A DNA stretch of 61,796 nt, the filler included. It is 5 parts of 5 records of this genome, joined end to end, with 100 filler letters (N's around TTAATTAATTAA, not from the genome) between each part and the next. Parts side by side here need not be neighbours in the genome. Positions count along the whole stretch, not along the records: positions 5,150 to 30,481 come from SRR2962707_3490; 4 more parts are not named here. The stretch is one strand, 5' to 3'. The position numbers and the translations under genes were made by a program. The notes below the pieces were generated by a model, which searched no databases, was not told where the DNA came from, and was given only the letters and a program-made list of their open reading frames with translations. Below, in pieces: positions 18,536-29,355 of this stretch; the stretch's first letter is position 1, and every line of letters starts with the position of its first letter.

Positions 18536-20691
18536 TGATCGCTTTCTATGATCAGCGGTAATGTGTTTTCGGGCTGATGCTCCATGATCTGGGCGGTGAT
18601 GTCAGGTTTGCGCAGCGGCTTTGTCAGATAATGGTCCAGCCCGGCGGCCAAGATACCTTTGTCGTCGCCCTCCATCGCGTGTGCAGTTAGCGCAACGATA
18701 GGGCAGCGGCGGTCCATTTTTTCTTCAAGCTTGCGAATGGTGACCGTCGCCTCTTTGCCATCCATTTTGGGCATCGAGATATCCATAAAAATCATATCGG
18801 GTTCAAAGGTTTCGAACAATGCGACAGCTTCTTCGCCATTGTTGGCAAGCTTTAGATCGACATCAAGATGTTGGATCATTTTGCAGAAAACAAGCTGGTT
18901 GGTTTTGTTGTCTTCGGCCGCCAAGATGCGCATTTTGCGCGGCTCGGTCTGGACGGTGCCGCCGGAGGGTATACTGACGGTTGCCAGTTGAGCGAGCAGA
19001 TCACTGTGTGGAATTGGTTTTTTCAGAACCGACTTTATCAGTTTGCGGGCAGGGTTTTTATCGGCAAGTCCCGAGTTCGAGCTGACAATGATGATATCGC
19101 ATTGGTGGTCGCGTGCGCGCATTTCGGTAGCAAGCTGGAACCCATCCATATTCGCCATAATGTGATCGGCGAGGATAAGATCGACGTCGGGCCCAATCTG
19201 TTCCAATGCGGCTTTACCGGTGTCACAGCAGGTTACCTTGAGGCCAAGCTGTTCAAGCTGTTTCAGCAAAATAGAACGGTTTATCGTTTCAGTTTCGACC
19301 ACCATGACATGCCGCAATTTTTTGGGCAGCGGCGGATGCGAGGTGTTGATCTGGCCTGCGGCCTTTAGCGGCAGTTCAAACCCAAAACACGATCCAACCT
19401 GTTCTTGGGAGGTGACCCATACATCGCCGTTCATCATCTGGATCAGCCTTTGACAGATCGCTAGGCCCAGCCCGGTTCCGTCAAACTTGCGATTCCGTTC
19501 GTTTTCGACCTGATTGAATTCGCCAAATATGTGATCAATCATGGCCGGTGCGATGCCGATACCTGTGTCTTCGATCGCGATTTTGACCATCACCTTGCCG
19601 GTTTCGGCGTCCGGTACGCCTGTCACACGAACCAGAACGTGACCCTCGCTGGTGAATTTCACCGCGTTCCCCATAAGGTTGGTCAAAACCTGCCGGATGC
19701 GCCCGGGATCGCCAACCAGTTGCGTGGGCATGAATAAATCATAGTCCAATGCAAGGCCCAGATCTTTTTCACGGGCAAGCGGTTGCAACAGCATGATCAC
19801 TTCTTGAATCGTACGTTCCAGATCGAAGGGCTCGAGATGGAGTTCCAGCTTTTTAGCTTCGATTTTAGAATAATCGAGAACATCATTGATGATCACCAAC
19901 AATGCTTCGCCCGAGTTTTTGATCGTATCGACGTATAGTTGCTGATCTTCGTCCAGTTCAGTGTCGCGTAAAACATCGGCCATACCCACAACACCGTTCA
20001 TCGGGGTCCTGATTTCGTGGCTCATGTTGGCCAGGAATGCCGATTTCGCGCGGCTGGCGCTTTCTGCAATGGCGCTGGCCTCTTGCAGTTGGCGTTCGTA
20101 TTCCACGGTCGCAGTGATATCGAGACCGAGCGAAACCATGTCGCCGCTTGGCCCGCGCTGATCAACCAGCTTAATGTGCCGGCCGTTCCACAATTGTATT
20201 ACGGTAGGTTCGGGGTCGGAATCCTGCAGCCGCTCTGTCATCAGACGTCGCCAGCTTTTCGTGGACAGATCGCCGGTATTCACGATCCCTTCCTCGGTCA
20301 GGACCTGCAGGATCGTCACGTAATTTACCCCTGCGCTGATCAATTCCAGCCCGTCAAAAACCGCTAGATACGCACGGTTGGCCATGATCAATTCATTGTT
20401 TACGCTGAACAAAGCAAAGCCGTCTTTGATCGTCTCAATCGATTGCCAAAGCCTGCGTTCCGTCAGTTCGATCTTTTCGCGCGCGGCGCTCAGGTCGGAT
20501 TTCACGCGCTGGTTTTCACCGCGAATGTTTTCCACTTCGGCGCGGGTTTCGACGATTTCATCGGTTAGTTTCTGCGCGTGCAGACCCAGCTTGCGATTTG
20601 CCGCAAAAAGCTCGGCCTGTTTCAGCTCAAGCATCCGCTCCGCCGCAAGACGTCCGCGCCGCTCCTGCGTCAGCTTGTCTGCCAGGTTCAT
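18520..20691 (-). CDS. Cytoplasmic hybrid histidine kinase (coiled coil-PAS-HisKA-HATPase-REC-REC)
   Basis: FLANMSHEIRTPMNG, NLMGNAVKFT, GTGLGL, two receiver domains. Confidence 0.93.
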   Translation of the reverse strand: MNLADKLTQERRGRLAAERMLELKQAELFAANRKLGLHAQKLTDEIVETRAEVENIRGENQRVKSDLSAAREKIELTERRLWQSIETIKDGFALFSVNNELIMANRAYLAVFDGLELISAGVNYVTILQVLTEEGIVNTGDLSTKSWRRLMTERLQDSDPEPTVIQLWNGRHIKLVDQRGPSGDMVSLGLDITATVEYERQLQEASAIAESASRAKSAFLANMSHEIRTPMNGVVGMADVLRDTELDEDQQLYVDTIKNSGEALLVIINDVLDYSKIEAKKLELHLEPFDLERTIQEVIMLLQPLAREKDLGLALDYDLFMPTQLVGDPGRIRQVLTNLMGNAVKFTSEGHVLVRVTGVPDAETGKVMVKIAIEDTGIGIAPAMIDHIFGEFNQVENERNRKFDGTGLGLAICQRLIQMMNGDVWVTSQEQVGSCFGFELPLKAAGQINTSHPPLPKKLRHVMVVETETINRSILLKQLEQLGLKVTCCDTGKAALEQIGPDVDLILADHIMANMDGFQLATEMRARDHQCDIIIVSSNSGLADKNPARKLIKSVLKKPIPHSDLLAQLATVSIPSGGTVQTEPRKMRILAAEDNKTNQLVFCKMIQHLDVDLKLANNGEEAVALFETFEPDMIFMDISMPKMDGKEATVTIRKLEEKMDRRCPIVALTAHAMEGDDKGILAAGLDHYLTKPLRKPDITAQIMEHQPENTLPLIIESDHQEAG

Positions 20692-20788
20692 GCCCCGCTC
20701 CGAATCCGTGGTGTTCTGTTAGGTAACAGACATTCAGCGAACGAGGTGAACAACTGTTTAAGACGTGCGAGGATGCAGGTCGTTTTCC

Positions 20789-22834
20789 TTAGCTCCGCCG
20801 CCCTTCGCGCAGCCATGCCGCGATGATCAGGGCCGCGCTTAGCAACAGGACCAGCCAACCGGGCAGGATCGGCGTCTGCCGCACATCGCGGGTCTCATAG
20901 GCGTCGCGCGGGGTCAGGCCGATCCATCCGCGCCCTGCAGCTGGGCGTCCGGCCCTGACCTCGCGAATACGGGGCAACCCGTCTTCGATGCGGGCCACGC
21001 CGCCGCGCATTGCCGCCAGTATCGGGGCCATCGTTTCACCGCTGGCAATTGTATCAATGAATTCACGCGGCGCGGCAGGGCCAAGACCAATGACGCTGAC
21101 CTGATCGCCGTTCTCAAGGCGGTACAGCCCGATTTCCGGCCCCTCGAACATCCCTTCAAACACACCCGGCGCTGTTTCCGTTAACGTCGTCTCAACGGGG
21201 GTCCCATCGGGGGTCGTGATGGTGACCGGAGGAACCGCGTCACCCAATGTCCTGCGGATGATGCGCATGGTTTGCCCGTCGGCGGTGGCTGTCAGCGCTT
21301 CTTCTTCAAGTTCGGGCTCCTTCATCATCCAGTGGGCAAGGCGGCGCAGCAATTCAAGCTGCGGGCCGCCGCCCTCGTAACCGCGGTTCCAAAGCCACGC
21401 ATGATCCGAGGCCAGCAGCGCCACACGGCCCTTTTCCACCCGGTCCAGGATCAGCAAGGGGCGGTCACCGTGACCCGTCATCACGACAGAGCCTTTGGGG
21501 TCGGTGACCTCAATCTGGCGCAGCCAACGCCCCCAGTCACCGCGTCCGGGCAGGTTGGCCGTCACGGGGTGGCGGTCACCCAGATCGGATACGAGGGGCA
21601 GAAACGGTTCTTCGATCACGCGGGCCGATGGTGTCGCGGGCAGAACAGTGCCAAGGGGCGACCGAAACAGACTGTCGGCGCTCGCGAAATCGCGCCCCGC
21701 GGCCACCAAAACAGCACCGCCTTGGCGCACATAATTGGCAACGTTTTCAAGATAGAGCCCTGGCAATATGCCGCGCCGTTTGTATCGGTCAAAGATAATC
21801 AGATCGAAATCATCGATCTTTTCCATAAACAATTCTCGGGTCGGGAACGCGATCAAAGACAGCTCGTCAACCGGCACGCCGTCTTGCTTTTCTGGGGGGC
21901 GCAGGATGGTGAAATGCACCAGATCGACAGAGCTGTCGGACTTCAACAGATTGCGCCACGTACGTCCGCCCGGATGCGGTTCGCCGCTGACCAGCAACAC
22001 GCGCAAACGATCACGGACACCGTTCATCTGGATCAGCGCCGCGTTGTTGCGGTCGGTCAATTCTCCTTCTGCTTCTGGCAGGGAAAACCGGATCACGTTA
22101 CGCCCGCCATGGGGCAGCGTGACAGGAAGGTCGAGGTCCTGACCAATGGGCACCCGAAACGACTGCGGCTCTTGCGCGTCAACTGATATGTCCAGCTGCG
22201 CAAGGCCACCCAAATCGGGGGCCGCGCCCAGATCATCAATCCGAAGGGTCAGGGTTACAGGTTCACCGATAATCGCAAAGGCGGGGGCATTTCGAACGGT
22301 CAGGCGGCGATCCCAATCGGTTTCCTTGCCGGTCATCAGCAGATGCAGGGGGGCAGGCAGATCAACGGGTAAATCCGCGTCGTGAATGCGGCCATCGCTG
22401 ACCGCCAGAATGCCCGCAATGCGGGCGCGCGGTTCTTCGGCCAATGCGTCGGCAAGTGCTGTCATCAGCTGTGTGCCGGTATCGCCGGGGCCGTCGGGGA
22501 TTTGAACGCGGCGCAATTCGGTGTTGTCGCGTGCGGCGATTGTCGCAGCCAAGGCGTCTGCTGCCTGCACGCTTTGATCTTCGCGCCCGCCCAGCTTCTG
22601 GCTGGCGCTGCTGTCTTCGAGCATGATCACGATGTCGCTGAGCGGCGCGCGGTCTTCTTGTTGAACGGACGGGCCAGACAGCGCGGCAAGCACAACCAGC
22701 ATGGCAAGCCCGCGCAACGCCCAGCCTTGCAAGCCACGCATCACGGCCAAGATGACCGCAGCAAGGGCGATCACACCAACCACTGCCAGCAACCATATCG
22801 GGATCATTGGGTGAAAAACGATGGTCGACGTCAT
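20789..22834 (-). CDS. Membrane-anchored protein with GATase-like domain (MoxR operon)
   Basis: RVLLVSGEPHPG, DLVHFTILRPP, LIAFP; coupled to upstream gene. Confidence 0.8.
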   Translation of the reverse strand: MTSTIVFHPMIPIWLLAVVGVIALAAVILAVMRGLQGWALRGLAMLVVLAALSGPSVQQEDRAPLSDIVIMLEDSSASQKLGGREDQSVQAADALAATIAARDNTELRRVQIPDGPGDTGTQLMTALADALAEEPRARIAGILAVSDGRIHDADLPVDLPAPLHLLMTGKETDWDRRLTVRNAPAFAIIGEPVTLTLRIDDLGAAPDLGGLAQLDISVDAQEPQSFRVPIGQDLDLPVTLPHGGRNVIRFSLPEAEGELTDRNNAALIQMNGVRDRLRVLLVSGEPHPGGRTWRNLLKSDSSVDLVHFTILRPPEKQDGVPVDELSLIAFPTRELFMEKIDDFDLIIFDRYKRRGILPGLYLENVANYVRQGGAVLVAAGRDFASADSLFRSPLGTVLPATPSARVIEEPFLPLVSDLGDRHPVTANLPGRGDWGRWLRQIEVTDPKGSVVMTGHGDRPLLILDRVEKGRVALLASDHAWLWNRGYEGGGPQLELLRRLAHWMMKEPELEEEALTATADGQTMRIIRRTLGDAVPPVTITTPDGTPVETTLTETAPGVFEGMFEGPEIGLYRLENGDQVSVIGLGPAAPREFIDTIASGETMAPILAAMRGGVARIEDGLPRIREVRAGRPAAGRGWIGLTPRDAYETRDVRQTPILPGWLVLLLSAALIIAAWLREGRRS

Positions 22835-25593
22835 TGGCCCAACCGATCCAACAGCGCAGGCACATGGACCTGATCCGATTTATAATTTCCGGTCAGCACA
22901 TGCATGACCAGATTGACGCCAAAACGGTAAGCCAACTCGCGTTGGCGTTCGCCACCAAAACCACGGCCCACGGGCACCATCGGCGCGCCATTGGATGAAA
23001 CCGCCCAAGCTGCGGCCCAATCATTGCCGCCGATCACAACCGGTGTGACGCCGTCATTCAGGTTGCGAAAGGGCATTCCTTCGACCTGTTCGGCGTCAGG
23101 GGGGGACGCTTCGACCCAGATATCGCGGCCGGTATAACGGCCGGGAAAATCCTGTAGCAGATAAAAGGTGCGGGTCAGCACATGGTCACCGGGCAGCGGT
23201 TCGAGCGGGGGAATATCCAGCGGTGCAGCAAGGTCTTGCAGTTTGCGACCGTTCGCGCTTGCCCCGCCGTAGCCGGAAATATCAGCGTCACGTGTATCAA
23301 ACAGGATCAGCCCTCCGGACCGCAGATAAGCATTCAGTTTCGCATAGGCATCCCCCGACGGGCGGGGTTGGTCGGGGGTGATAGGCCAATACAGCATCGG
23401 GAAAAACGCCAGTTCGTCAGTCTCAAGGTTCACGCCGATGGGGTTTGCAGGTTCAACCGACGTGCGGAAAAACAACGTATCCGAAAGCCCGCGCAATCCC
23501 GCCTCTGACAGCGTGTCGATGGAGGGGCTTCCGGTGATGACATAAGCCAGCGTCATTTCTGCGGTCGCATTCAGGGCAAAGTCGTCTGCCGATTGGGCAT
23601 CGGCTGGGGCGGGGATTTGCATCAACGGAACCAAAAGGATCGCGGCAATACTACTGCGTTTCAACAACCGTCCGGACAGGGACAATGATGCGACGACATC
23701 GGCCAGCAGCAGCAACAGTGACAGGCTTAGCAGCCACCCGGCCAGCGGCATTTCGGGCGCGACATACAGGCCGTGGACGGGCACATCGGCGGGCCAAGTG
23801 GTTGCTGCCAGCGGTGTGTCATCGGTGACCACGTTGCGGGCGATCCGGCGGTCGCCTGAGGCGTAGATGCCCGGCCGCAGGTCGGGACCGGCGGCGGCTG
23901 ATGCCAGATCAGCCCCATCAACACCGGGCAGGTTGCCTGCGTCTTCTAGCTGGCCAAACCCGTCCATTATGCGCAAGGGCGTCCATGTTGTGCCCTGTAA
24001 ATCTTGTGCCTCGACCGACGCAGCAGAGGAGGAGATTGCCAGCCTTTCCATCATCTGAACGAACACCCCAGACAGCGGCAAGGTTGACCATTCGGCGGTG
24101 GCCGTGACGTGGAACAAGACGACTTGGCCCTGACCTAACGCTTTGCGCGTCACCAGCGGCGTGCCGTCGCTGAGCGACGCAATGACCCGGTCGGCAAGGG
24201 TCGGGTCCGGCTGCGCGACGACCTGGGCAGAAACGACCACATCGTCAGGGATATGTAGCCCAAAGAAGGGGGACGTTTCGCGGAAACTATCCAGTGATTT
24301 AGGCTCTCCCCAGCTCATCGCGCCACCTACACTGCGGCCCCCAGCGCGCAGGCGAACGGGCATCAGCGGGTCTTCGGTGTCGCGCGAAATATCACTGGCG
24401 GCAATGCGCGGGCCGGCAAAACGCACCAGCATGCCCCCGGCCTCTATCCATTGCTGCAAGGGGGCTTGCTCGGCCTCGGACAGGGTGGCGATATCGGCCA
24501 GCACGATCACATCGGGGTTGGCGGGCAGAACTTCGGCAAGAGACCCGTCAATGATGTCGGCGGTCGGGGCAAGGGCGCGTTCGATATAGTGCAAGGGCGA
24601 CAGCAGCTCTAACCCTTCACGGTTTTCGCGGCCCGCAATCAGGGCAACCTCGCGGCGGCGCAATCCGTCGTCCACCAGCGTTGTGGCCCCTGCCGACCGC
24701 TGCCCTGCGATGTCAAACCGCGTGATCCGGGCGCGCAGCTCGGCTGGTAAGGACAGTGCGGCAGTGGCTTGGGTTGCGCCGTCATCGAACTGGGCGGGCA
24801 CGGTGGCAAGGATGCGGGCATTGCCCGCCGGGTCGCGACCTTGGGCGTTCAACGTAACCTCGCTGGTTGGACCCGCGACAGCACGTTTGACGGTCAAGGT
24901 GATGGCACCGTCCTTGTAGCTGGCAGGGGCCATAGCCAGCACATTTGCACCGGTTTGATAGACATCGACCGACCCTTGGTTTTGAAGCGCATCCAACATG
25001 TCACTTCGGCTTGGGTACTCCAGACCGTCACTGAACCAAAGCGTGTCGAAGCCGTCTAATGCCTTGGTGATTTCAATCGCGCGGATCACGTCAGCGTCTG
25101 ACGGTTGCCAAGGTGCGGGCTGCAACCCAGCCAACCGCGTGCGCCACACATCTGCGGATTGGAACGCGGGTTCTTCGGGGCGGGTGAGGGTCAAAAAACC
25201 CACGGTCCGGTTGGCACGGGCGGCACGGGTGAGCTGCGCGTCGATGACCTGTGATTGTTGCTGCCAGCGCGTTGCACCGGCCCATGATCCATCCAACACA
25301 ATCAGCAAGGGGCTGGACCCGTCGGCCTGCTGGTCTTGGGGGTTCAAAACGGGACCGGCAAGCCCGATGATAATCGCCGCAACGGCAAACATACGTAACA
25401 GCAGCAACCACCACGGGGTGCGGTCAGAAACGCTTTCGTCATCGTTTAGGCCCAGCAGCAATGCAACGCCGGGAAACCGTTGGCGGATTGGCGCAGGGGG
25501 AACGGCGCGCAGGATAAGCCAAAGAATAGGCAGCGCGATAAGCCCCAGCAACAGCCATGGTGCCGAAAACCCGATGCCGCCCAAAATCGTCAT
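22831..25593 (-). CDS. BatA N-terminal / vWA-like / DUF4159 protein
   Basis: F.APWLLLGL..LP, PWWLLLLR; C-terminal GVNLVMHVLTGNYKSDQVH. Confidence 0.85.
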   Translation of the reverse strand: MTILGGIGFSAPWLLLGLIALPILWLILRAVPPAPIRQRFPGVALLLGLNDDESVSDRTPWWLLLLRMFAVAAIIIGLAGPVLNPQDQQADGSSPLLIVLDGSWAGATRWQQQSQVIDAQLTRAARANRTVGFLTLTRPEEPAFQSADVWRTRLAGLQPAPWQPSDADVIRAIEITKALDGFDTLWFSDGLEYPSRSDMLDALQNQGSVDVYQTGANVLAMAPASYKDGAITLTVKRAVAGPTSEVTLNAQGRDPAGNARILATVPAQFDDGATQATAALSLPAELRARITRFDIAGQRSAGATTLVDDGLRRREVALIAGRENREGLELLSPLHYIERALAPTADIIDGSLAEVLPANPDVIVLADIATLSEAEQAPLQQWIEAGGMLVRFAGPRIAASDISRDTEDPLMPVRLRAGGRSVGGAMSWGEPKSLDSFRETSPFFGLHIPDDVVVSAQVVAQPDPTLADRVIASLSDGTPLVTRKALGQGQVVLFHVTATAEWSTLPLSGVFVQMMERLAISSSAASVEAQDLQGTTWTPLRIMDGFGQLEDAGNLPGVDGADLASAAAGPDLRPGIYASGDRRIARNVVTDDTPLAATTWPADVPVHGLYVAPEMPLAGWLLSLSLLLLLADVVASLSLSGRLLKRSSIAAILLVPLMQIPAPADAQSADDFALNATAEMTLAYVITGSPSIDTLSEAGLRGLSDTLFFRTSVEPANPIGVNLETDELAFFPMLYWPITPDQPRPSGDAYAKLNAYLRSGGLILFDTRDADISGYGGASANGRKLQDLAAPLDIPPLEPLPGDHVLTRTFYLLQDFPGRYTGRDIWVEASPPDAEQVEGMPFRNLNDGVTPVVIGGNDWAAAWAVSSNGAPMVPVGRGFGGERQRELAYRFGVNLVMHVLTGNYKSDQVHVPALLDRLGQ

Positions 25594-26474
25594 GCTGCCG
25601 CCCCCACGCGTGTATCCAGCGCAGAATACAGCCACAGCAGTGCGGATTGCGCAGAGGTGTTTGTATGGTGCAGGCCATAGTGCCAACCCGTCACCGCACA
25701 TAGACGCTGAAGTTCGGATTTGCGTTCGGCAAGACGTTCAAGATAGCGGGATTTCAGATCGTTGGCCTTTAGTGTCTCATGGCGCAGCGTCCCGCCAACG
25801 CTTTCAAATATGGTTCTGCCCGAAAACGGAAAAGCTTCCTCTGACGGGTCCAGCAGATGGCACAATAGGCCCCGAACACCCCGATCCGCCGCCTTGGTCA
25901 GCGCAAGGGTTATGCCGTCAAGGTCACCCATGAAATCCGAGATAAACACGGCCCGCGCATGGGGGATCATGGCACGGTGTTCGGGCGGTGCATAATCGTC
26001 GGGACTGTCCTGAGACAGCAATTCGGCCAGCCGCAACAGCTGGGGCCTGCCGGAACGTGGTGGCAAGGCGGTTCCCGTCAGGCCTACGCGTTCACCGCCG
26101 CGCTGCAACAGAATCGCGACAGCAAGGCCCAGCAACCGTGCGCGGTCTGCCTTTTGCGGCAGGTTCGGGTCTGAGGAAAAGCGCATCGAGGCCCCTTGGT
26201 CGATCCATAACATGACCGATTGCGCGATTTGCCATTCGTGTTCGCGCACGAATTCCTGATCGCCCCGTGCTGAACGACGATGGTCAATGCGGCGGCGGCT
26301 GTCGCCTGTCTGGGCAGGTCGGTACTGCCAGAAATCATCGCCGCCCCCTGCGCGCCGGCGCCCGTGCGACCCTAGCAGCACAGCACCGGCCAAATGTTCC
26401 GCCCGTGCCAATAGGTCAGGAAAACGGGCTGCCTGATCTTCAGCATTTGCGCGAAGGGTTGCTGGGGTGATCAC
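25590..26474 (-). CDS. DUF58 protein
   Basis: HGRRRAGGGDDFWQYR, RIDHRRSAR, ISDF. Confidence 0.9.
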   Translation of the reverse strand: MITPATLRANAEDQAARFPDLLARAEHLAGAVLLGSHGRRRAGGGDDFWQYRPAQTGDSRRRIDHRRSARGDQEFVREHEWQIAQSVMLWIDQGASMRFSSDPNLPQKADRARLLGLAVAILLQRGGERVGLTGTALPPRSGRPQLLRLAELLSQDSPDDYAPPEHRAMIPHARAVFISDFMGDLDGITLALTKAADRGVRGLLCHLLDPSEEAFPFSGRTIFESVGGTLRHETLKANDLKSRYLERLAERKSELQRLCAVTGWHYGLHHTNTSAQSALLWLYSALDTRVGAAA

Positions 26475-27478
26475 GCTGCGGCCTTTTTCCCGGTCAGGCT
26501 GGCCGCGGTGCTGTCAATCAGCTCGTTCAGGCTGTCGCCACGTGCGCGCGCCGCAAAGTTCAATGCCATCCGGTGGCTTAGGACCGGACGCGCCATATCA
26601 ATCACGTCTTCTGCAGAGGGGGCCAAACGCCCCTGCAACAAGGCGCGGGCCCGTACTGTCAGCATCAACGCCTGCGCGGCACGGGGGCCGGGGCCCCAGG
26701 CGACGGTTTCGCGCACGCGCGCGCTTGCGTCTGCCTCGTCTGGGCGGAAGGCCCGGACCAGATCAAGGATCAATTCCACCACGCTGTCACCGACAGGCAT
26801 GCGGCGCAACAAGGCTTGCGCGGCCAACAATTCCGCTGCCGAGAACACCTGACTTGCCTGCGCATCAGCTTCGCCGGTTGTGGCCAGCAAAATCTCACGC
26901 TCGGTCTTGCGATCAGGATAGGCAACGTCGATCTGCACTAGAAAACGGTCAAGCTGGGCTTCGGGCAGGGGATAGGTACCTTCTTGCTCAATGGGGTTTT
27001 GCGTGGCCAGAACATGAAAAGGCGCGCCAAGCGGGCGGTCTTGTCCAGCGACGGTCACGGTCTTCTCCTGCATCGCCTGCAACAAGGCGGATTGCGTGCG
27101 CGGCGAGGCACGGTTGATCTCGTCGGCCATCAGCAATTGGCAGAATATCGGCCCCTCGATGAAACGAAACGCGCGGCTGCCATCGGCGGCTGTATCCAAC
27201 ACCTCGGACCCCAGAATATCGGCCGGCATCAGATCGGGCGTGAACTGCACGCGGTTGGCATCCAGGCCCATCACGGTGCCTAGGGTTTCGACCAAACGTG
27301 TTTTGCCAAGACCGGGCAACCCGATCAGCAAGCCGTGGCCGCCGCACAGCAGCGCGGCCAATGTCAGGTCGACAACGCGCTCTTGCCCGATAAAGCGATT
27401 GGTGATCGACGCCTTGGCCTGTGCCAGCTTGTCGCCGAGGGCTTCAATATCTGCTACCATATCGCTGGCTTCGGTCAT
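26471..27478 (-). CDS. MoxR family AAA+ ATPase
   Basis: GLPGLGKT, RVQFTPDLMPADI, DEINRASPRTQSALL, ATQNPIEQEGTYPLPEAQLDRF. Confidence 0.95.
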   Translation of the reverse strand: MTEASDMVADIEALGDKLAQAKASITNRFIGQERVVDLTLAALLCGGHGLLIGLPGLGKTRLVETLGTVMGLDANRVQFTPDLMPADILGSEVLDTAADGSRAFRFIEGPIFCQLLMADEINRASPRTQSALLQAMQEKTVTVAGQDRPLGAPFHVLATQNPIEQEGTYPLPEAQLDRFLVQIDVAYPDRKTEREILLATTGEADAQASQVFSAAELLAAQALLRRMPVGDSVVELILDLVRAFRPDEADASARVRETVAWGPGPRAAQALMLTVRARALLQGRLAPSAEDVIDMARPVLSHRMALNFAARARGDSLNELIDSTAASLTGKKAAA

Positions 27479-27536
27479 GACTTTTGCGTCCTCTGATTTA
27501 TATAGGTTAGATGTAAGTGTATCTTGTGAACTGGGA

Positions 27537-28127
27537 ATGGCAAAAGCAATGAATGGACAAAAAACCGTGACCCCGACAGCGGCGGGCCTTGCTGCGTCTG
27601 TTTCTGCTGCAAAAACACGCGGATTGCCGCCAGTAGAGAGCTGGAACCCGCCATTTTGTGGCGATATCGACATGGAGATCAAGCGCGACGGTACCTGGTT
27701 TCACGAAGGCACGCCCATTGGAAGGCGGGGTCTGGTCAAGCTGTTTGCGTCAATTTTGATCCGTGAGGGCGACAAATACTTCCTTGTCACGCCGGTGGAG
27801 AAGGTAGGGATTCGTGTCGAGGATGCGCCATTCATTGCCATTGATTTCGAGGTCGAAGGCAAAGGGCGCGCACAGAAGCTTACATTTCAGACCAACCTTG
27901 ATGATATCGCGACGGCCAGTGAGGATCTGCCGATCCGTGTTGTACGCGATCCCGAGACCGGAGAGCCGTCGCCCTATGTCCGTGTCCGCCGTAACCTGGA
28001 GGCGCTGATCGATCGCAAAAGCTTTTACCGGCTTGTGGATTTGGGTGAACATCACGACGGCTGGTTTGGCGTTTGGTCGAGTGGTCAGTTTTTCGGGCTG
28101 ATCCCGTCAAATGAATTACCCGAATAG
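27537..28127 (+). CDS. DUF1285 protein
   Basis: PPVESWNPPFCGDIDM, LVTPVEK, EPSPY; start 27537 or 27549. Confidence 0.88.
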   Translation: MAKAMNGQKTVTPTAAGLAASVSAAKTRGLPPVESWNPPFCGDIDMEIKRDGTWFHEGTPIGRRGLVKLFASILIREGDKYFLVTPVEKVGIRVEDAPFIAIDFEVEGKGRAQKLTFQTNLDDIATASEDLPIRVVRDPETGEPSPYVRVRRNLEALIDRKSFYRLVDLGEHHDGWFGVWSSGQFFGLIPSNELPE

Positions 28128-28201
28128 GTGCGTGTTACGTTTGCCTTTTCACGTGATTTTGCTAGCAATGGCTATCGCAACATAAAACGAGCCTGAAATC
28201 C

Positions 28202-28957
28202 ATGAAACCTGCCGCAAATATAAGCCTTTTGTGGCAAGAGCTGCCTTATCTTGACCGGTTCAACGCTGCGGCACGTGCAGGGTTTAAAGGGGTCGAGGTG
28301 CTCTTTCCTTATGATGAACCACTGGCCGAGACCAAAGCCGCCTGTGCGGCGAACGGGCTGGAGCTTGTTTTGATCAACGCGCCGCCGCGGGCCTCGGAGG
28401 GGCAGCCGCGTGGGTTCGCTGCGGTTCCCGATCTTGTTGATACCTTTCGCAAAGATATGGCACGTGCGTTCCGCTATGCCGAGGCGTTGGATGCCCGGTT
28501 TGTGCATGTGATGGCCGGTAATGCACAAGGTGACGAAGCGTTTGATACCTTTTACCGCAACCTGATCTGGGCGGCAAAATCTGCGCCAGACGGCCTGACG
28601 TTGACGATCGAACCGCTAAACCCTGTGGCGATGCCGGGTTATTTTTTGAACGACTATGCGTTGGCCGAACGGGTTCTGGAAGCGGTGTCGATGGATAATG
28701 TCGGCCTGCAATACGACAGCTATCATGCGGCTATGATCCACGGTGATGCGATTGAAACCTTCAACGCGTATTGCGCTGATATCGTTCATGTCCAGATCGG
28801 CGACAGCCCGGACCGTGGTACGCCAGGCAGCGGTGATATCGATTTTGCTGCGCTGTTTGCAGCGATGGCTGGCGCGGGATATGATGGTTGGATCAGCGGT
28901 GAATACAACCCGGACCCCAAAACCGAAGACAGCCTGAACTGGATGAAGATGCTATGA
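28202..28957 (+). CDS. Hydroxypyruvate isomerase family TIM barrel
   Basis: AANISLL, GVEVLFPY, IEPLN, LQYDSYH, GEY. Confidence 0.88.
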   Translation: MKPAANISLLWQELPYLDRFNAAARAGFKGVEVLFPYDEPLAETKAACAANGLELVLINAPPRASEGQPRGFAAVPDLVDTFRKDMARAFRYAEALDARFVHVMAGNAQGDEAFDTFYRNLIWAAKSAPDGLTLTIEPLNPVAMPGYFLNDYALAERVLEAVSMDNVGLQYDSYHAAMIHGDAIETFNAYCADIVHVQIGDSPDRGTPGSGDIDFAALFAAMAGAGYDGWISGEYNPDPKTEDSLNWMKML

Positions 28958-29187
28958 TACCCGCACGATTTGCCCCGGTTGTTTTTGGATTTATCCTATC
29001 TGGGTTGATGTCTTTTATCGTTTCAGGGATCGCGATTTTGCGCACAGCAGGATTTGCTGAGGGTCTGTTTGGTTTGTGGATTGGTGCGTGGATCACCAGT
29101 TGGCTGGTGGCGTTCCCGACCGTCTTGGTCGTCGCACCCCTAACGCGGCGCATCGTTGCCAAGTTGCTCAAAGACGGGCCCGCCTAA
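28954..29187 (+). CDS. DUF2798 small membrane protein
   Basis: ILSGLMSFIVSG, W..SWLVAFP; ATGA overlap. Confidence 0.82.
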   Translation: MIPARFAPVVFGFILSGLMSFIVSGIAILRTAGFAEGLFGLWIGAWITSWLVAFPTVLVVAPLTRRIVAKLLKDGPA

Positions 29188-29355
29188 GACGCAAAAGACC
29201 ACAGCATCCAGAATGCTGCGGCCCCTTTATACGTGCTTTGACAGTTTAGGCCGACGCAGTCCCGATGGCCGATCTTTGAACCGCCCTTATCCTTTCCAGA
29301 ACACTGCGACGTTACCACGCCAGGTTGGGTTCAGTTTTGTCTAGCCGGGCGAAAA

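Noticed and set aside
15867-27117. Long antisense ORFs (e.g. 15867-16751, 21272-22186, 24998-25933)
   Set aside because: Shadow frames of GC-rich genes with no recognisable motifs
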